Below, one piece after another: positions 53,464-63,792 of a stretch of 64,000 nucleotides of DNA (its first letter is position 1; each line of letters begins with the position of its first letter). The stretch is from a virus (Duplodnaviria > Caudoviricetes), in the IMG/VR virus record IMGVR_UViG_3300031418_000007; one strand, written 5' to 3'. Below the pieces are notes generated by a model. The model made no database searches and was not told where the DNA came from. It worked only from the letters and a program-made list of their open reading frames with translations. The translations under genes and the position numbers were made by a program.

Positions 53464-54069
53464 CTAAGCCGTTTCCATTAGTTCCTGGAAATCTTTCTTT
53501 ATAATTTCACACTGGTACAGGGTAATGGCCACAGAGTCCGATGAGTGTTCATCAATATCCGTGAGGTCAATACCACAGTGATCCAGATCTTCGTACGCCA
53601 ACACACCCTGTTTGACATCTTCCTTGGTACTACCAGAGAAGTAGGCACCCACGGTTTCTTTAGCGGGGTTAGGAAGCACGTAGATAAGGTGACACGGCTT
53701 GTCCGCGCTGTTACATGCTTCACGAAGTAAACTCACTGCTTGAATGAGTTGTTTAAAGGTGCCCGGCGAGACACCCAGGAAGTTATCTTCACAGATGGTT
53801 ACGTCTGGAAGATACAGGTTAATGATTTCCTTTAAGGCTCGACTTAGACCGTAACTGCGTGCCAGCACGCTGGTTGCATTGGTGTCATCGAACTGTTTTG
53901 GAATATCATATTTAACCTGCTCCCCCTGAATGGTATTAACGTAACGCAGCTGTAATTTCTTCCCCGCCACCAATGGAATGTCGATAACGCAAACACCCAT
54001 GTTGGTGGTCGATGGATCTATCCCAAGAACGCGAATCGATCCCGCCGCTACTGCGGAGCGAGAAAACAT
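53464..54069 (-). CDS. ruvC: RuvC-like Holliday junction resolvase
   Basis: VLGIDPSTTNMG, ICEDNF, P..AKE.VG, KEDV, EH.SD.VAI. Confidence 0.85.
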   Translation of the reverse strand: MFSRSAVAAGSIRVLGIDPSTTNMGVCVIDIPLVAGKKLQLRYVNTIQGEQVKYDIPKQFDDTNATSVLARSYGLSRALKEIINLYLPDVTICEDNFLGVSPGTFKQLIQAVSLLREACNSADKPCHLIYVLPNPAKETVGAYFSGSTKEDVKQGVLAYEDLDHCGIDLTDIDEHSSDSVAITLYQCEIIKKDFQELMETA

Positions 54070-54677
54070 ATTAAGCCTTGATGTTGGCCACTTTGGATCT
54101 TAACTACGACCACAAAGTTGGCAGTGTTGTTGAGCGCTAATTCTGCTGGAGCGGAGTTCGCCCAGCCGCGGTACACCAACGTAAACTTCGCCGTAGAGTA
54201 TTCGGCAAATGAGCTGTGCTGCCACACCGGTGTTTCTGTATAGAGGTTCAACAGCTTGCTGAGCGTAAAGCCCAGGTCGTTGGTGGGATTCATGGCATCA
54301 TAGAGATAACCATTAGAGAATGATTTAAACACATCTAATTGCGATGCGTCGTAAACCAGCACTGACTTCGCTAACCAGTTGGTGTCGTTAACCGAACCAA
54401 ACGTCACGGTAGGTGGATTGCCTGCCACGGGTTCTACCACCGGTGTCCCGGAAGCCTGGTTAACAAACTGGGTAATGAGTTCCCCGTCTTTACCAATGAG
54501 GTCGAACTGAATCAAGCCGGTGCTTTTTGCACGATACGTTTGCGTGGCCTTATAATCTTCTACTTTGAGTACAAGGTTATAAAAGTTTTTCACTAAACGC
54601 ACGACATCAGCAACGCCCTGTCCAACCTCAAGAGGTAGATGTGGGGAGTTTAACAGATAAGCTGGAACTCCCGACAT
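54048..54677 (-). CDS. Putative virion protein
   Basis: Located in the baseplate operon between the gp130-like gene and RuvC. Confidence 0.5.
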   Translation of the reverse strand: MSGVPAYLLNSPHLPLEVGQGVADVVRLVKNFYNLVLKVEDYKATQTYRAKSTGLIQFDLIGKDGELITQFVNQASGTPVVEPVAGNPPTVTFGSVNDTNWLAKSVLVYDASQLDVFKSFSNGYLYDAMNPTNDLGFTLSKLLNLYTETPVWQHSSFAEYSTAKFTLVYRGWANSAPAELALNNTANFVVVVKIQSGQHQGLICFLAPQ

Positions 54678-54679
54678 GA

Positions 54680-55627
54680 TTAGCTCCCGGTAGTAGACGT
54701 GGTGGAATCAGATGCCAGCAGCATTGGATCACTGTTGCCGTGATCGAAGCGCAGGGTGATTGCAGAGTTACTGCCTGCTGAACGTGCATCTTTCTCGCTC
54801 AGGAAGTGGGCAGGGATCATGCTTAACGCTTCCTGATAACGAATCTTAGCACCGCCGGTGATATCACCTGACACCGTGGCATCGATACCCCACATCACCG
54901 CGACTTCATTAATAGAAGCGACAGAAGGGTCGCCGTACACGATTTTACAGGCGTTTACGATCTCAGCCAGTTCAGTGGCATCCAGAGAACAGTCGATGAT
55001 GGCAGAGCCCATGACGTAGCGCTTGGCAACAGGCACAGTGCCATTGCTGGTGTAGTTCAATGGTTCCGGTTCCATGAGGTCATCTTTGAGATGCACATAC
55101 GGGTCCTGGATTACCTGGCTGTTACCTGACGTCTCATCAACCTCAACCAGCAGTTCATGCGGATTGTAGCTGTCGAACTTCGCGACCATCGCCCAGTAAA
55201 CTTCATAAGCAACGTCGTTGTAAGTTCCCACGGTACGACCACGGTACTTCTTACGTGTCTGTTCATCCAGACCGTTATCCAAAGGACGAGCGATCAGTGG
55301 ACACAGCACATACAGACGCTGGTCGATTGGCTGGTGACCGTTGACGCGCATGGCGGATAAGCCGTTGGCCTGCATGCCGTAGCAGTTGCTGCCGCGCAGT
55401 CCGTAGGTCACATATTTCAGCTCGAAGTCACGTGAGTTCTTTTGACCTAGTGATTCGTCTCCCCATAAACCCAGGTATTCGTTCAGCGTGGTGTACTTCG
55501 GCACAGTGAACGGTTGGTTGGTTGCCATACATTTATACAGCAGCCCACCCAGTGAGTTATTGGTAAAGATTTGTGTGGGGTTATCAGAACGTGCCTGATC
55601 TTGTAATTCAGCACTTGACAGCGCCAT
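54680..55627 (-). CDS. Virion/baseplate protein (phiKZ gp130-like)
   Basis: TLNE.LG, LKY...G..G, H.P.D..LY...P...RP..N.L....R.KYR, INE.A..WG.D. Confidence 0.65.
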   Translation of the reverse strand: MALSSAELQDQARSDNPTQIFTNNSLGGLLYKCMATNQPFTVPKYTTLNEYLGLWGDESLGQKNSRDFELKYVTYGLRGSNCYGMQANGLSAMRVNGHQPIDQRLYVLCPLIARPLDNGLDEQTRKKYRGRTVGTYNDVAYEVYWAMVAKFDSYNPHELLVEVDETSGNSQVIQDPYVHLKDDLMEPEPLNYTSNGTVPVAKRYVMGSAIIDCSLDATELAEIVNACKIVYGDPSVASINEVAVMWGIDATVSGDITGGAKIRYQEALSMIPAHFLSEKDARSAGSNSAITLRFDHGNSDPMLLASDSTTSTTGS

Positions 55628-55636
55628 AAAAACTCC

Positions 55637-56026
55637 TTAAGCGGTACGCAATATAAAAGAATTGGCAAAATACATAGAATCCAGGGACATCATCACCTGA
55701 GACTGCTTACGGTCAATCGGGTTGATAAAAGCAATATCTCCGATAACCATTCCCAGACTCGTACAACGGTTGATGTAGTTCACCACGGTGACGGGTGTTA
55801 ATGGAACACCCTGTGGAAAACTCCAGTCTTTAAACGTACTCACGTCGTATTTAGTTAATGCCCAGCTTTGTGGAACAGGGTTAAGTGGAGTATAGACGTC
55901 AAACACCGCCTCATACGTCTCATTTACATCTCGGAAGATTAACCAGATCTTACTGATTGTTTCCTTGTCCGTGATGCCCTTCTCCAATATGTATTCGCGT
56001 TTGGCTAATACGAGATCGACGTTCAT
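55637..56026 (-). CDS. Hypothetical virion-operon protein
   Basis: GTGA/ATGA coupling to the upstream gene. Confidence 0.55.
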   Translation of the reverse strand: MNVDLVLAKREYILEKGITDKETISKIWLIFRDVNETYEAVFDVYTPLNPVPQSWALTKYDVSTFKDWSFPQGVPLTPVTVVNYINRCTSLGMVIGDIAFINPIDRKQSQVMMSLDSMYFANSFILRTA

Positions 56027-58248
56027 TTCTGGGTCCCTAGCACGTCATAATAAGTTGGCGGGATAATCAGCATGGGGTCTTCTCCTGGATCCGCCAATTC
56101 TCCATAATAGGTTGGTGGCAATTCCAGATCGAGCAGCGGTATGCTTTTTGCCTCCACAGAAATAAAGGAGGTGTTGGGAATACGCAGTGCGGTAAGAGGT
56201 CCAATATCTTTGCTGTGATCCAGTCGTGGTTTGGTCGTGTCGGTAAACCGTGCCTTGACGGTGGCTGACGCCTGATCAAGTTTGGGCTGAGTGGTATCCG
56301 ATAACCGTAGTGTGAGTTCCGGTATCGCATCCAGCGCCAGTGCATGATTGAGTTTTAGCTGAACGTTTGAGAAGTCCGCCTCCAGTTGATGTCCCAATCC
56401 CATATAAGCAGAATCACCCATGGTGTTGTCAGACAACAACTCAATCACGTCAGAACCGTCATCCATGGTTTTAATGGTGTGGACGGTATAGGAGCTCAGC
56501 TTCATCATGAGGTCAATCAAATCATTCTGAATGCTGCGCAGTGACGGATTGTTATTGAGATCCCAACCTGTAAAGGTTTTAAAGATTACCCAGGCGAGGT
56601 TAGTGAGCTCTTCACGATTGTAGTCGTCAAAGTCCAATGCGTACTTCTGCAAGAAACGCACGTAACTGTGGTCTTCTACTAATGAGATTTCACCTGTCTC
56701 GTACATCAGCTTGGTGGCGTTCTTTACCGCCGCACGTGTTACCTGATCACCGTACGAACTGTAGAGCTTGCGGTGCTTCCACATCGAAATATAGATCGAC
56801 TTGGAAACGTTTAGCAATTCCTCAGCAGAACCCACTGACACCACGTCTACAAACTGATCACGAATGCTACCCACAACAGCATCAGTTATGTATTTGCTTC
56901 CCAATCCCACTTGGCGTAATTCTTTTGCCGTAGGGGGCAAGAGACGCATGACGTTATAATAGAAGGCATTCTCAATGGTGGTGAGTTCATGACCCGCGGC
57001 TAACCGAGTGATATAACGCCACAGCGTAAAGGCATCCCGCGCATCCAGTCGTAATAAACGACCGTCTTTAGGGTTCACCACCGCCATGTTAACCTGATAG
57101 ACACCTTTACCAGCAAGATAGATCCACTGGTTAAACACCACGGTCATCATGGTGTCGCTGTGACGGTTGGTGTAATCCGCCATCTCAGATTCCAGGACTT
57201 TGGTAGGCAGCTCGGTGTGCAAACTGTAGGTCCCTTCAAAAGTCGCTTCCTCTTGATAGATCGAGGTCATCAGCGTGTTGTCTACCGCCATTGGCCTTTC
57301 TTTCTCAATGAGCTTCTCGGTTTCGAAATAGACAGGTGTGATTTGCTTGTCGTCATTCATGTTCAACTGAGTTCGCTTCCACTGAGGCGTCGGTACCAGG
57401 TCAGTTAACTGTGATTTGGTGTTCAGTACCATCTCATATTTCGAGAGCGGAATCTTGCGCGGCGTAAGCAGCTTGTCCATCAGCTGATCAAAGGTGAACT
57501 CCTTACCGGCGTTGTTATTGATCCACTCGATGTTACGATGCAACCACATGACCTGTTCACGATCCAACGAGTTCTTGTAGACCGAGAACTCACCGTAGGA
57601 ATCGATATGACTCCAGATATAGAAGTCATGGGCATGTCGGGTCTTGATAGCTTGGAAACGCGTCAGGTGTATGCACTGAACGATCCCACTATAAAGGTCG
57701 ATAACCATCTGGCGCAGCATCAGGTCTTCAGAGACATGATACTCTGTTTCAAACATTGCCGGTGCGTTACCGTTTATCCAACGCTGTACCTGCGGAATCA
57801 ACGGCCCTTCGTTCCACAAAACCAGATTCTCATTATAACGAAGAATCTTATAGTTTGGGGCAGCAATAGAAACATCATATGTAATCGGAAACAGAATTCC
57901 ATTAATCAGGAGTGTCTGTCCGTCGTAAACTTCAGTAAGACGCTTGTACAGGTCACCGCCCTTTAAATACTGGCGATAGGTGAGAAGATGCTGAGCCATC
58001 GTCTCTTTGGTGAAAGGTATCTCTTCACCTGTGTCCAAGGAAATCACCTTCATGACTTTATCAGTCTCGTGGTAATCCCCGTTTAAATTCATGTAATAGC
58101 GCCAGGTGCGCTTATTATTGAGAACGGTGTATCCGGCCTTTTCCAACACTTCATTATCACGTTTAGCAATGGCTTCTATTTTTACTACCATTGTTCGAGC
58201 GAGTTGGAAAGTGTCGGAATAGAAATTATCGAGATCTATTCTATTCAT
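56023..58248 (-). CDS. Virion/baseplate protein (phiKZ gp128-like)
   Basis: WRYYMNLNG.YH.TD..M.V.SLDT.EEI.FT.E, LDR.Q..WL.RN..W...N.GK..TF..L, ELPTKVLES; start MNRIDL at 58248. Confidence 0.7.
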   Translation of the reverse strand: MNRIDLDNFYSDTFQLARTMVVKIEAIAKRDNEVLEKAGYTVLNNKRTWRYYMNLNGDYHETDKVMKVISLDTGEEIPFTKETMAQHLLTYRQYLKGGDLYKRLTEVYDGQTLLINGILFPITYDVSIAAPNYKILRYNENLVLWNEGPLIPQVQRWINGNAPAMFETEYHVSEDLMLRQMVIDLYSGIVQCIHLTRFQAIKTRHAHDFYIWSHIDSYGEFSVYKNSLDREQVMWLHRNIEWINNNAGKEFTFDQLMDKLLTPRKIPLSKYEMVLNTKSQLTDLVPTPQWKRTQLNMNDDKQITPVYFETEKLIEKERPMAVDNTLMTSIYQEEATFEGTYSLHTELPTKVLESEMADYTNRHSDTMMTVVFNQWIYLAGKGVYQVNMAVVNPKDGRLLRLDARDAFTLWRYITRLAAGHELTTIENAFYYNVMRLLPPTAKELRQVGLGSKYITDAVVGSIRDQFVDVVSVGSAEELLNVSKSIYISMWKHRKLYSSYGDQVTRAAVKNATKLMYETGEISLVEDHSYVRFLQKYALDFDDYNREELTNLAWVIFKTFTGWDLNNNPSLRSIQNDLIDLMMKLSSYTVHTIKTMDDGSDVIELLSDNTMGDSAYMGLGHQLEADFSNVQLKLNHALALDAIPELTLRLSDTTQPKLDQASATVKARFTDTTKPRLDHSKDIGPLTALRIPNTSFISVEAKSIPLLDLELPPTYYGELADPGEDPMLIIPPTYYDVLGTQK

Positions 58249-58272
58249 TTTGTTTCCAAAAAAGAGGCTATA

Positions 58273-61200
58273 ATGGTCCAAAGTCGAGATATGACCAGAG
58301 GAACGCAGCGCGCACAACTCTCTCGTTTAAGAGAGAGTATTAAGTCCACGAATCCCCTGGTGGCAGCAACGCTTCGTAATGCTACGCCCAAGAATGGCCG
58401 CGCACCGGAAGCAAATGAACTCACTGCGGGAAATGAGCGTAATGCGATTATGCCGCACAAGCTCGAACGCATCAGCAACATCATTGCTAACAACATTAAC
58501 GCTGCTAATGACCTGCGCGCGATTACACCCTATATCGACCGTGCTGAATTAATCTGGTCTTCGCTGCTGCTGTATCCCAACGGGAAACAGAAAAACATCC
58601 TGGAATACTCGACTCGTGCTTCTCGTTACAAAAATACGCCGTTGCATATCGCATTATTAAAGGTTTGGAAAGATTACTTTACAAACGACTATAAAATCGA
58701 AGACGAGTTGCGCACCCAGATCGATGACATGCTCTGGAACACCGGCAGCTACGCCACATTGACACTCAGTCGCATTTCGTTGGACTATTTGATCAACGGT
58801 ATGGAAGTGGTGGATCGTTCGGGTAACGAGGATCTGAAGGCGGTTCACACGTATCAGCAAACGCAGGGTAACTTTGTCTTTGACAAGAAAACCGGCAAGC
58901 TCAAGGTGATGAACGTCGGCACATATGTCCGGCCTGTTCATGATGAGTCCAAAGACGTGTTTAATGTCGCCGGACTGGAATCAATGATGGGTGGTGGGGA
59001 TTTTAAAACATCCAACCAACCTGAGTTCGATATCCTTAAAGGCTCTGAGCTTGACGGCAACGAAGGCTTCTTTATTTCCTTTACGGATAACCCCGCGGTA
59101 CTGGCGACTAATCTCCTGGCCGAGAAGCGTAAGAAGTTCAATGAGAAGTTCTACGCAGGTAACGAAGATTTCTCCTCGTTGATTCAAAAGACGTTGAGTA
59201 ATCAGGGCGCCAAAGAAGATGATCGCGATAAGTCTGTAAGAAAGCCAGATGACAAGAAAGGCCGTCGTCCTGATCAGCCAAAAGCACGCACCACGAATAT
59301 GTCGATGGGTACGCTGAACAGCTTACAGAACGATATCTTCCCTCATCGCCGTGCTCCGAATCAGTTCATGCAGTTTGTCAAGCAAGACACTGATTTAGGT
59401 GTGCAGAACTACGGTACGCCGATTGACTGGCATGTGCCATCTGCTGCTATCATTCCGATTCACATCAACGGCAATGTGCGCAAGCGTAAAGACTACATCA
59501 TTCTGTTTGATCCAGACACGGGTGAGTTCCTGAACCCGACCATGGACTTCCAGTTCTACCAGAGCTCGAAGAAACAGCAAGATGGCATCACCAACAAGAA
59601 CCAACAGGGCGGAACGAATTCACTGATCGATAACCTGAAACAGATTCAACAGGGTAAAGACTGTGACTTTGATATGACCGAGTTTGCTGAACTGAGCAAG
59701 GGCATTATCATTGAATCGTTTATGAAGTCTGTGATCTCTGGTCGTTCGGGTTCTATCTCTGTAGATCTGGATGAAGAAACCAACAAGATCTTCATGGCGC
59801 GTATGTTCCGTGGTCAGGGCATCCGTGCTCTGTATGTTCCGGGTGAGTGTGTCACGTACTCCGCGTTTAAGTTCAACGCACTGGGCGTGGGTCAGTCACT
59901 GACTCAGGCTGCTAAAATGCACATCGCACGTTTAGCGGCAATGGATCTTGCAGACGCCATGGCAAACATGGAAGCTGCGCAGTCCACAAACAAAATGCGC
60001 ATCACGTTGGACAAAGATGACCCGAACCCAGAGCGCACTATTGCAATGGCCAGGGAAGTCTTCTTCCGTGCTAACCCACGTTTCTATAACGTGTTAGCCA
60101 CTAACCAGATGAGTATTCCTGTGCTGGTTGATGCTTTCCGTGAACTCTCGTTGACGTTGGAAGTGGATGCTGGTGAAAACCCGTATTTACCTGTGCCGGC
60201 TATCTCTGTGGAACCTCAGGAAAAACAGCACTTCCGCAAAGTGGATTCTGACAGTCGCAACGAAGTGTTGAACAAGATCGCCAACTACTTCATGTTGCCG
60301 CGTAGCTGGTTGGACGTCGCAGATGAAAACAATAACTTCCAGATTGAAGCGCTGAATGAACACCGTTTGGTGTATAACCAGGCATTGAACTGGCAGGAAC
60401 AGATTGCAGACTTTGTTATCGAGCGTGAACGTAAGTACGCGCGTGTTAACCAACCTCTGCTGCTGAGCCTGATTCAAGTTATCAGTGATCAAAAGAACCT
60501 GTGGAAGCCCGACAACAAGGAGATTGAGATCGAAGGCGGTACCGATGCTGAGAAGATCGAAACCATCCTTGAAGACTTCCTCAACAACATTGAGTGCTCG
60601 TTGCCTGCGCCTGCTGTAATGGAACAGGCCAACAAACTCAAAGAGGGTCTGTCTACTGCTACTGATCTGGTAACGCAGTGGTGGGAAGCTAATGGCAAAA
60701 CCGCCTTAATCAGTAAGGCTGTGGAAACCATGAACCTGGGCGGTGAATACAGTCCAGAACAGGTTGAGGCGATGGTCAAGGCTTACCTCTACCAGAAAGC
60801 GCACAAGTTCCTTAACATTCCTTCACCGTTTGATGATGCTGTTGATGATCCATCAGGTGGCGGCATGGCAAGTATTGTGGAAAGCGTGGTCACTCAGAAC
60901 AAGGCGTTGTATAACTTCCTGGGTAACTTAGCGATTCGTGATCTTGATGAGCGTACGAAGGTGGTGAGTTCGCTGAGCGGAAAGATCGAGAATAAGCTCG
61001 AGAAGTTCCAAACGAAAACTGGTGGGGAACAAACCGAAGAATCTGAGCCAAGTGCGGATCCATTTGCACCACCGGCTGGTGATGGCGGGGAACCTCCGGT
61101 AGACAACCTGGACGACAATGGTGAGACAAAGCCGGATGACTTTAATCCGGATGATCTCAATGACGACGCGAATAACAGCGACAACGCTGATGACACGGGT

Positions 61201-61338
61201 GAACCAAAGGATGACGACGCGGGTGTAAAACCTGAAGATGAATCTGGTGAAGCCAAGCCAACAGACGACGACGCCGTTGATCCTAAGTCAACTGAGCTCT
61301 CCGACAGTAAGAAAGGTAATGATAATCCGTTTGGTTAA
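58273..61338 (+). CDS. Portal protein (phiKZ gp129-like)
   Basis: Divergent from the gp128-like gene as in phiKZ-related phages; roughly 1020 aa with an acidic C-terminal tail; L.TG.Y, FTDNP..L, P...I.P.H, LYVP.E..TY..F. Confidence 0.65.
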   Translation: MVQSRDMTRGTQRAQLSRLRESIKSTNPLVAATLRNATPKNGRAPEANELTAGNERNAIMPHKLERISNIIANNINAANDLRAITPYIDRAELIWSSLLLYPNGKQKNILEYSTRASRYKNTPLHIALLKVWKDYFTNDYKIEDELRTQIDDMLWNTGSYATLTLSRISLDYLINGMEVVDRSGNEDLKAVHTYQQTQGNFVFDKKTGKLKVMNVGTYVRPVHDESKDVFNVAGLESMMGGGDFKTSNQPEFDILKGSELDGNEGFFISFTDNPAVLATNLLAEKRKKFNEKFYAGNEDFSSLIQKTLSNQGAKEDDRDKSVRKPDDKKGRRPDQPKARTTNMSMGTLNSLQNDIFPHRRAPNQFMQFVKQDTDLGVQNYGTPIDWHVPSAAIIPIHINGNVRKRKDYIILFDPDTGEFLNPTMDFQFYQSSKKQQDGITNKNQQGGTNSLIDNLKQIQQGKDCDFDMTEFAELSKGIIIESFMKSVISGRSGSISVDLDEETNKIFMARMFRGQGIRALYVPGECVTYSAFKFNALGVGQSLTQAAKMHIARLAAMDLADAMANMEAAQSTNKMRITLDKDDPNPERTIAMAREVFFRANPRFYNVLATNQMSIPVLVDAFRELSLTLEVDAGENPYLPVPAISVEPQEKQHFRKVDSDSRNEVLNKIANYFMLPRSWLDVADENNNFQIEALNEHRLVYNQALNWQEQIADFVIERERKYARVNQPLLLSLIQVISDQKNLWKPDNKEIEIEGGTDAEKIETILEDFLNNIECSLPAPAVMEQANKLKEGLSTATDLVTQWWEANGKTALISKAVETMNLGGEYSPEQVEAMVKAYLYQKAHKFLNIPSPFDDAVDDPSGGGMASIVESVVTQNKALYNFLGNLAIRDLDERTKVVSSLSGKIENKLEKFQTKTGGEQTEESEPSADPFAPPAGDGGEPPVDNLDDNGETKPDDFNPDDLNDDANNSDNADDTGEPKDDDAGVKPEDESGEAKPTDDDAVDPKSTELSDSKKGNDNPFG

Positions 61339-61364
61339 TTGAAACAAAAAAAAAAAAGAAACAA

Positions 61365-61395
61365 CCTTACTCCTACCCTTGCGGGTAGGAGTAGG
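61365..61395. terminator. Bidirectional terminator
   Basis: ccttactcctaccc-ttgc-gggtaggagtagg, with a 12-A run on one side. Confidence 0.8.
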
Positions 61396-61410
61396 AGTTA
61401 TTTCTAAGAG

Positions 61411-63774
61411 TTACCCAAATGCCGGGTTCAAGAATGTACGCGTTGGTTTCACCGTTCGGATCGACACAACGTTTTCATCATAAACAGTCGGCGTTACCAT
61501 GAACAAGTCATGGGTATTTTTATACATCACCAGGATGTTTTGTGATTCCAGCGTAGTTCCTTTGGCCTGAGCCTGTGAGCGAAGAGTATCGATCAGACTA
61601 AAGAACTCAGGGTTGTTACTACGGCGCAGCATGATCAAGCGCCCGTTGGTAGGACGTGGACCTGCTTCGTTCCAGATCACCACACTTTTGTACTTACGGC
61701 TGCGCATCAGTGACAGCGAGTGTTCTTCGCGTTCAGTGTACGACATGTCTTCCGTTGGCGACGTAGGCAGTTCGAAAAGCTCAATCTGAGACTTCACGAT
61801 CGTATCCACACCGGTTTGGTTAAGCAGGTCATACACAACCTTATCAGTTTCCAACAGCACAGCTTTCAGTTCGTTATAGTCCAGCAGGATGTTGTCTACG
61901 CTCAGCACATCGCCTTCGTGTGGGTTCAACACATAACCGCACGCATTCACCAACCAGTTATTCAAATCGGTGGTCAAACGGTCACTGAGGAAAGTGTCAA
62001 AGCGCACACTTGGATCAGTGTCTTCAGTATCGATTGGTGTCCGTGACATCTGACGATGGATCCGCTCGATAATGCTGAAGTATGATTCATCCTGGTTGCT
62101 GTCGTTGCCCTGGAACAGCATAGGGAAACGTGCAACTACCGTGTCACGCGCACCACGGTTTTCAAACATACGGGAACCTGCGAAATTGAAATCACCCAGG
62201 AACGCCATTGGTTTGTTGGTTTCTTCAGCCAGTGAGATGCCGGTTGCTACCAGACGATCAAAGACTTTCTTAACATTATCAGTACGCAGTTCATCACCGG
62301 TATCAATAACTCGGAAGTCATAGCCTGGCTCACGCAGCTTCTCAAAGACTTCAGCTTCTGGACCTAACTTTCTACCTTCCTCATCAAAGAACGCTTTAGC
62401 TTCCGTTACAGGCAGTACAACTGTCTTGTTCTGGAAAGAGTCAACGTCCAGGTGAGGCAACAACTTATCAGGATCTGATAGAATCATTTCTTTTGTCGCT
62501 GCATCAGTGAAGCGAATAGCACGCGTCCGCCATCCTGGGAACGAGTTTTCGTGTTCGAAGTCGTACTCCACAAAACGAAGACAATCTTTCGTTATGGAAT
62601 CTTCCGCACGCATACGACCACGACGCTTCATGGCTCGTTTAAGGAAGGTCCAATCTCCCTCTTTGACAATGTACCAGTTCTCGCATACCGTGGGCTTGAA
62701 ATAGCTACGGATGTCGAACAGGTGGCGATTGTGGATATCAATGTTCTCGATATCCGTACGGTATTGTTTGCCGCTACCGTAAACATTCAAATCATCATAA
62801 CTGTCCCGCTGCACTGGCCGAGGTGGTGGATTAAGACTTGGCGGCGCACCGCTGTTCTTTCTCACCAGGTCAAACGCAATCTGCATTAACTCTCGGTTCT
62901 CTGAAGACATCCCGTCGTGGTAGTCCGGCACGTATTCACCCGTGTAATCCGTAACACCCGTTCGTTTGTCCGCAGGGAGGCGCTGATCAATACCGAGTCT
63001 TGCGAACTCTGGCATGATGTTGGTGATGTTTCCTTCGCTGACGCGATCACCCGAGAAGTTGGCTGCATCATAAGGAGAGGTTTCTTCAAAGAAATTAAAG
63101 ACCTTTGAAGCCGCTTCTTTACGCAGACCAAACTTCTGCACCAATTCCTGAATCTCTGGTGTTGGGTTATACAAGAAAGCAGCTGCCTTGCTTGAACCGT
63201 TTAACCAGGTCACAATTTCCAGATTCAGGATATTCAGTGTTGCTACTTTTACGGCATTTAATACGACAGGACGCTGTGGGCGGCCATCTGACTTACGGAT
63301 CTCGTTGGCTAAGATAAAACCAAACCAAACCGAGGCACGGATGGCCACAGTGTCAAGCAGGTCAATGCGGTCGGTGAGGACCTTAACATACTCGCGTTTC
63401 ACATAACTGTTAACGGTGTTGATTTCCGCATAGTTATCCACAATGTCACGGAATGTTGCATGGACGGGACCATGGCGATAGATCTTACATTCCTGAATGA
63501 ACTGAACGATATAAGCCGACGCGTGTTGACGGAAATACGCGATCTGTTCTTCGCTGCCTTCACTTGACTGTTGTTTAAACTCCTGTAAAGTTTTATCTTC
63601 ATAAATGTTGTTATAAACTGGATCGTAGTTAGCCGGTTGCGATGACTGGCGAACCAATTGTTTTACCAAACCCAGTGCGTCCTGCTGACCTGGGTTTTGT
63701 CCCGCTGTCTGTCCCGGAGCAGCTGGTATGGACGAAGGTTGAACCGAAGCTCGGTGTGTCGGTGCGAGTGCCAT
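61411..63774 (-). CDS. Large conserved hypothetical protein
   Basis: 787 aa with a Gln/Pro-rich N-terminus; lies between the gp123-like gene and the portal. Confidence 0.6.
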   Translation of the reverse strand: MALAPTHRASVQPSSIPAAPGQTAGQNPGQQDALGLVKQLVRQSSQPANYDPVYNNIYEDKTLQEFKQQSSEGSEEQIAYFRQHASAYIVQFIQECKIYRHGPVHATFRDIVDNYAEINTVNSYVKREYVKVLTDRIDLLDTVAIRASVWFGFILANEIRKSDGRPQRPVVLNAVKVATLNILNLEIVTWLNGSSKAAAFLYNPTPEIQELVQKFGLRKEAASKVFNFFEETSPYDAANFSGDRVSEGNITNIMPEFARLGIDQRLPADKRTGVTDYTGEYVPDYHDGMSSENRELMQIAFDLVRKNSGAPPSLNPPPRPVQRDSYDDLNVYGSGKQYRTDIENIDIHNRHLFDIRSYFKPTVCENWYIVKEGDWTFLKRAMKRRGRMRAEDSITKDCLRFVEYDFEHENSFPGWRTRAIRFTDAATKEMILSDPDKLLPHLDVDSFQNKTVVLPVTEAKAFFDEEGRKLGPEAEVFEKLREPGYDFRVIDTGDELRTDNVKKVFDRLVATGISLAEETNKPMAFLGDFNFAGSRMFENRGARDTVVARFPMLFQGNDSNQDESYFSIIERIHRQMSRTPIDTEDTDPSVRFDTFLSDRLTTDLNNWLVNACGYVLNPHEGDVLSVDNILLDYNELKAVLLETDKVVYDLLNQTGVDTIVKSQIELFELPTSPTEDMSYTEREEHSLSLMRSRKYKSVVIWNEAGPRPTNGRLIMLRRSNNPEFFSLIDTLRSQAQAKGTTLESQNILVMYKNTHDLFMVTPTVYDENVVSIRTVKPTRTFLNPAFG

Positions 63775-63792
63775 TATTAATCCTGTTGAGTG

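Noticed and set aside
24777-58317. Long N-terminal extensions in the ORF track (e.g. 25850, 28268, 35217, 37765, 50750, 58204, 58317)
   Set aside because: The extensions run through promoters, terminators or neighbouring genes; downstream ATGs have better RBS, and two of the track starts are the ATG within TATG promoter motifs.
61000-61338. Acidic low-complexity portal tail as a separate repeat element
   Set aside because: It is an in-frame D/E/P-rich disordered tail with no nucleotide-level tandem repeat.
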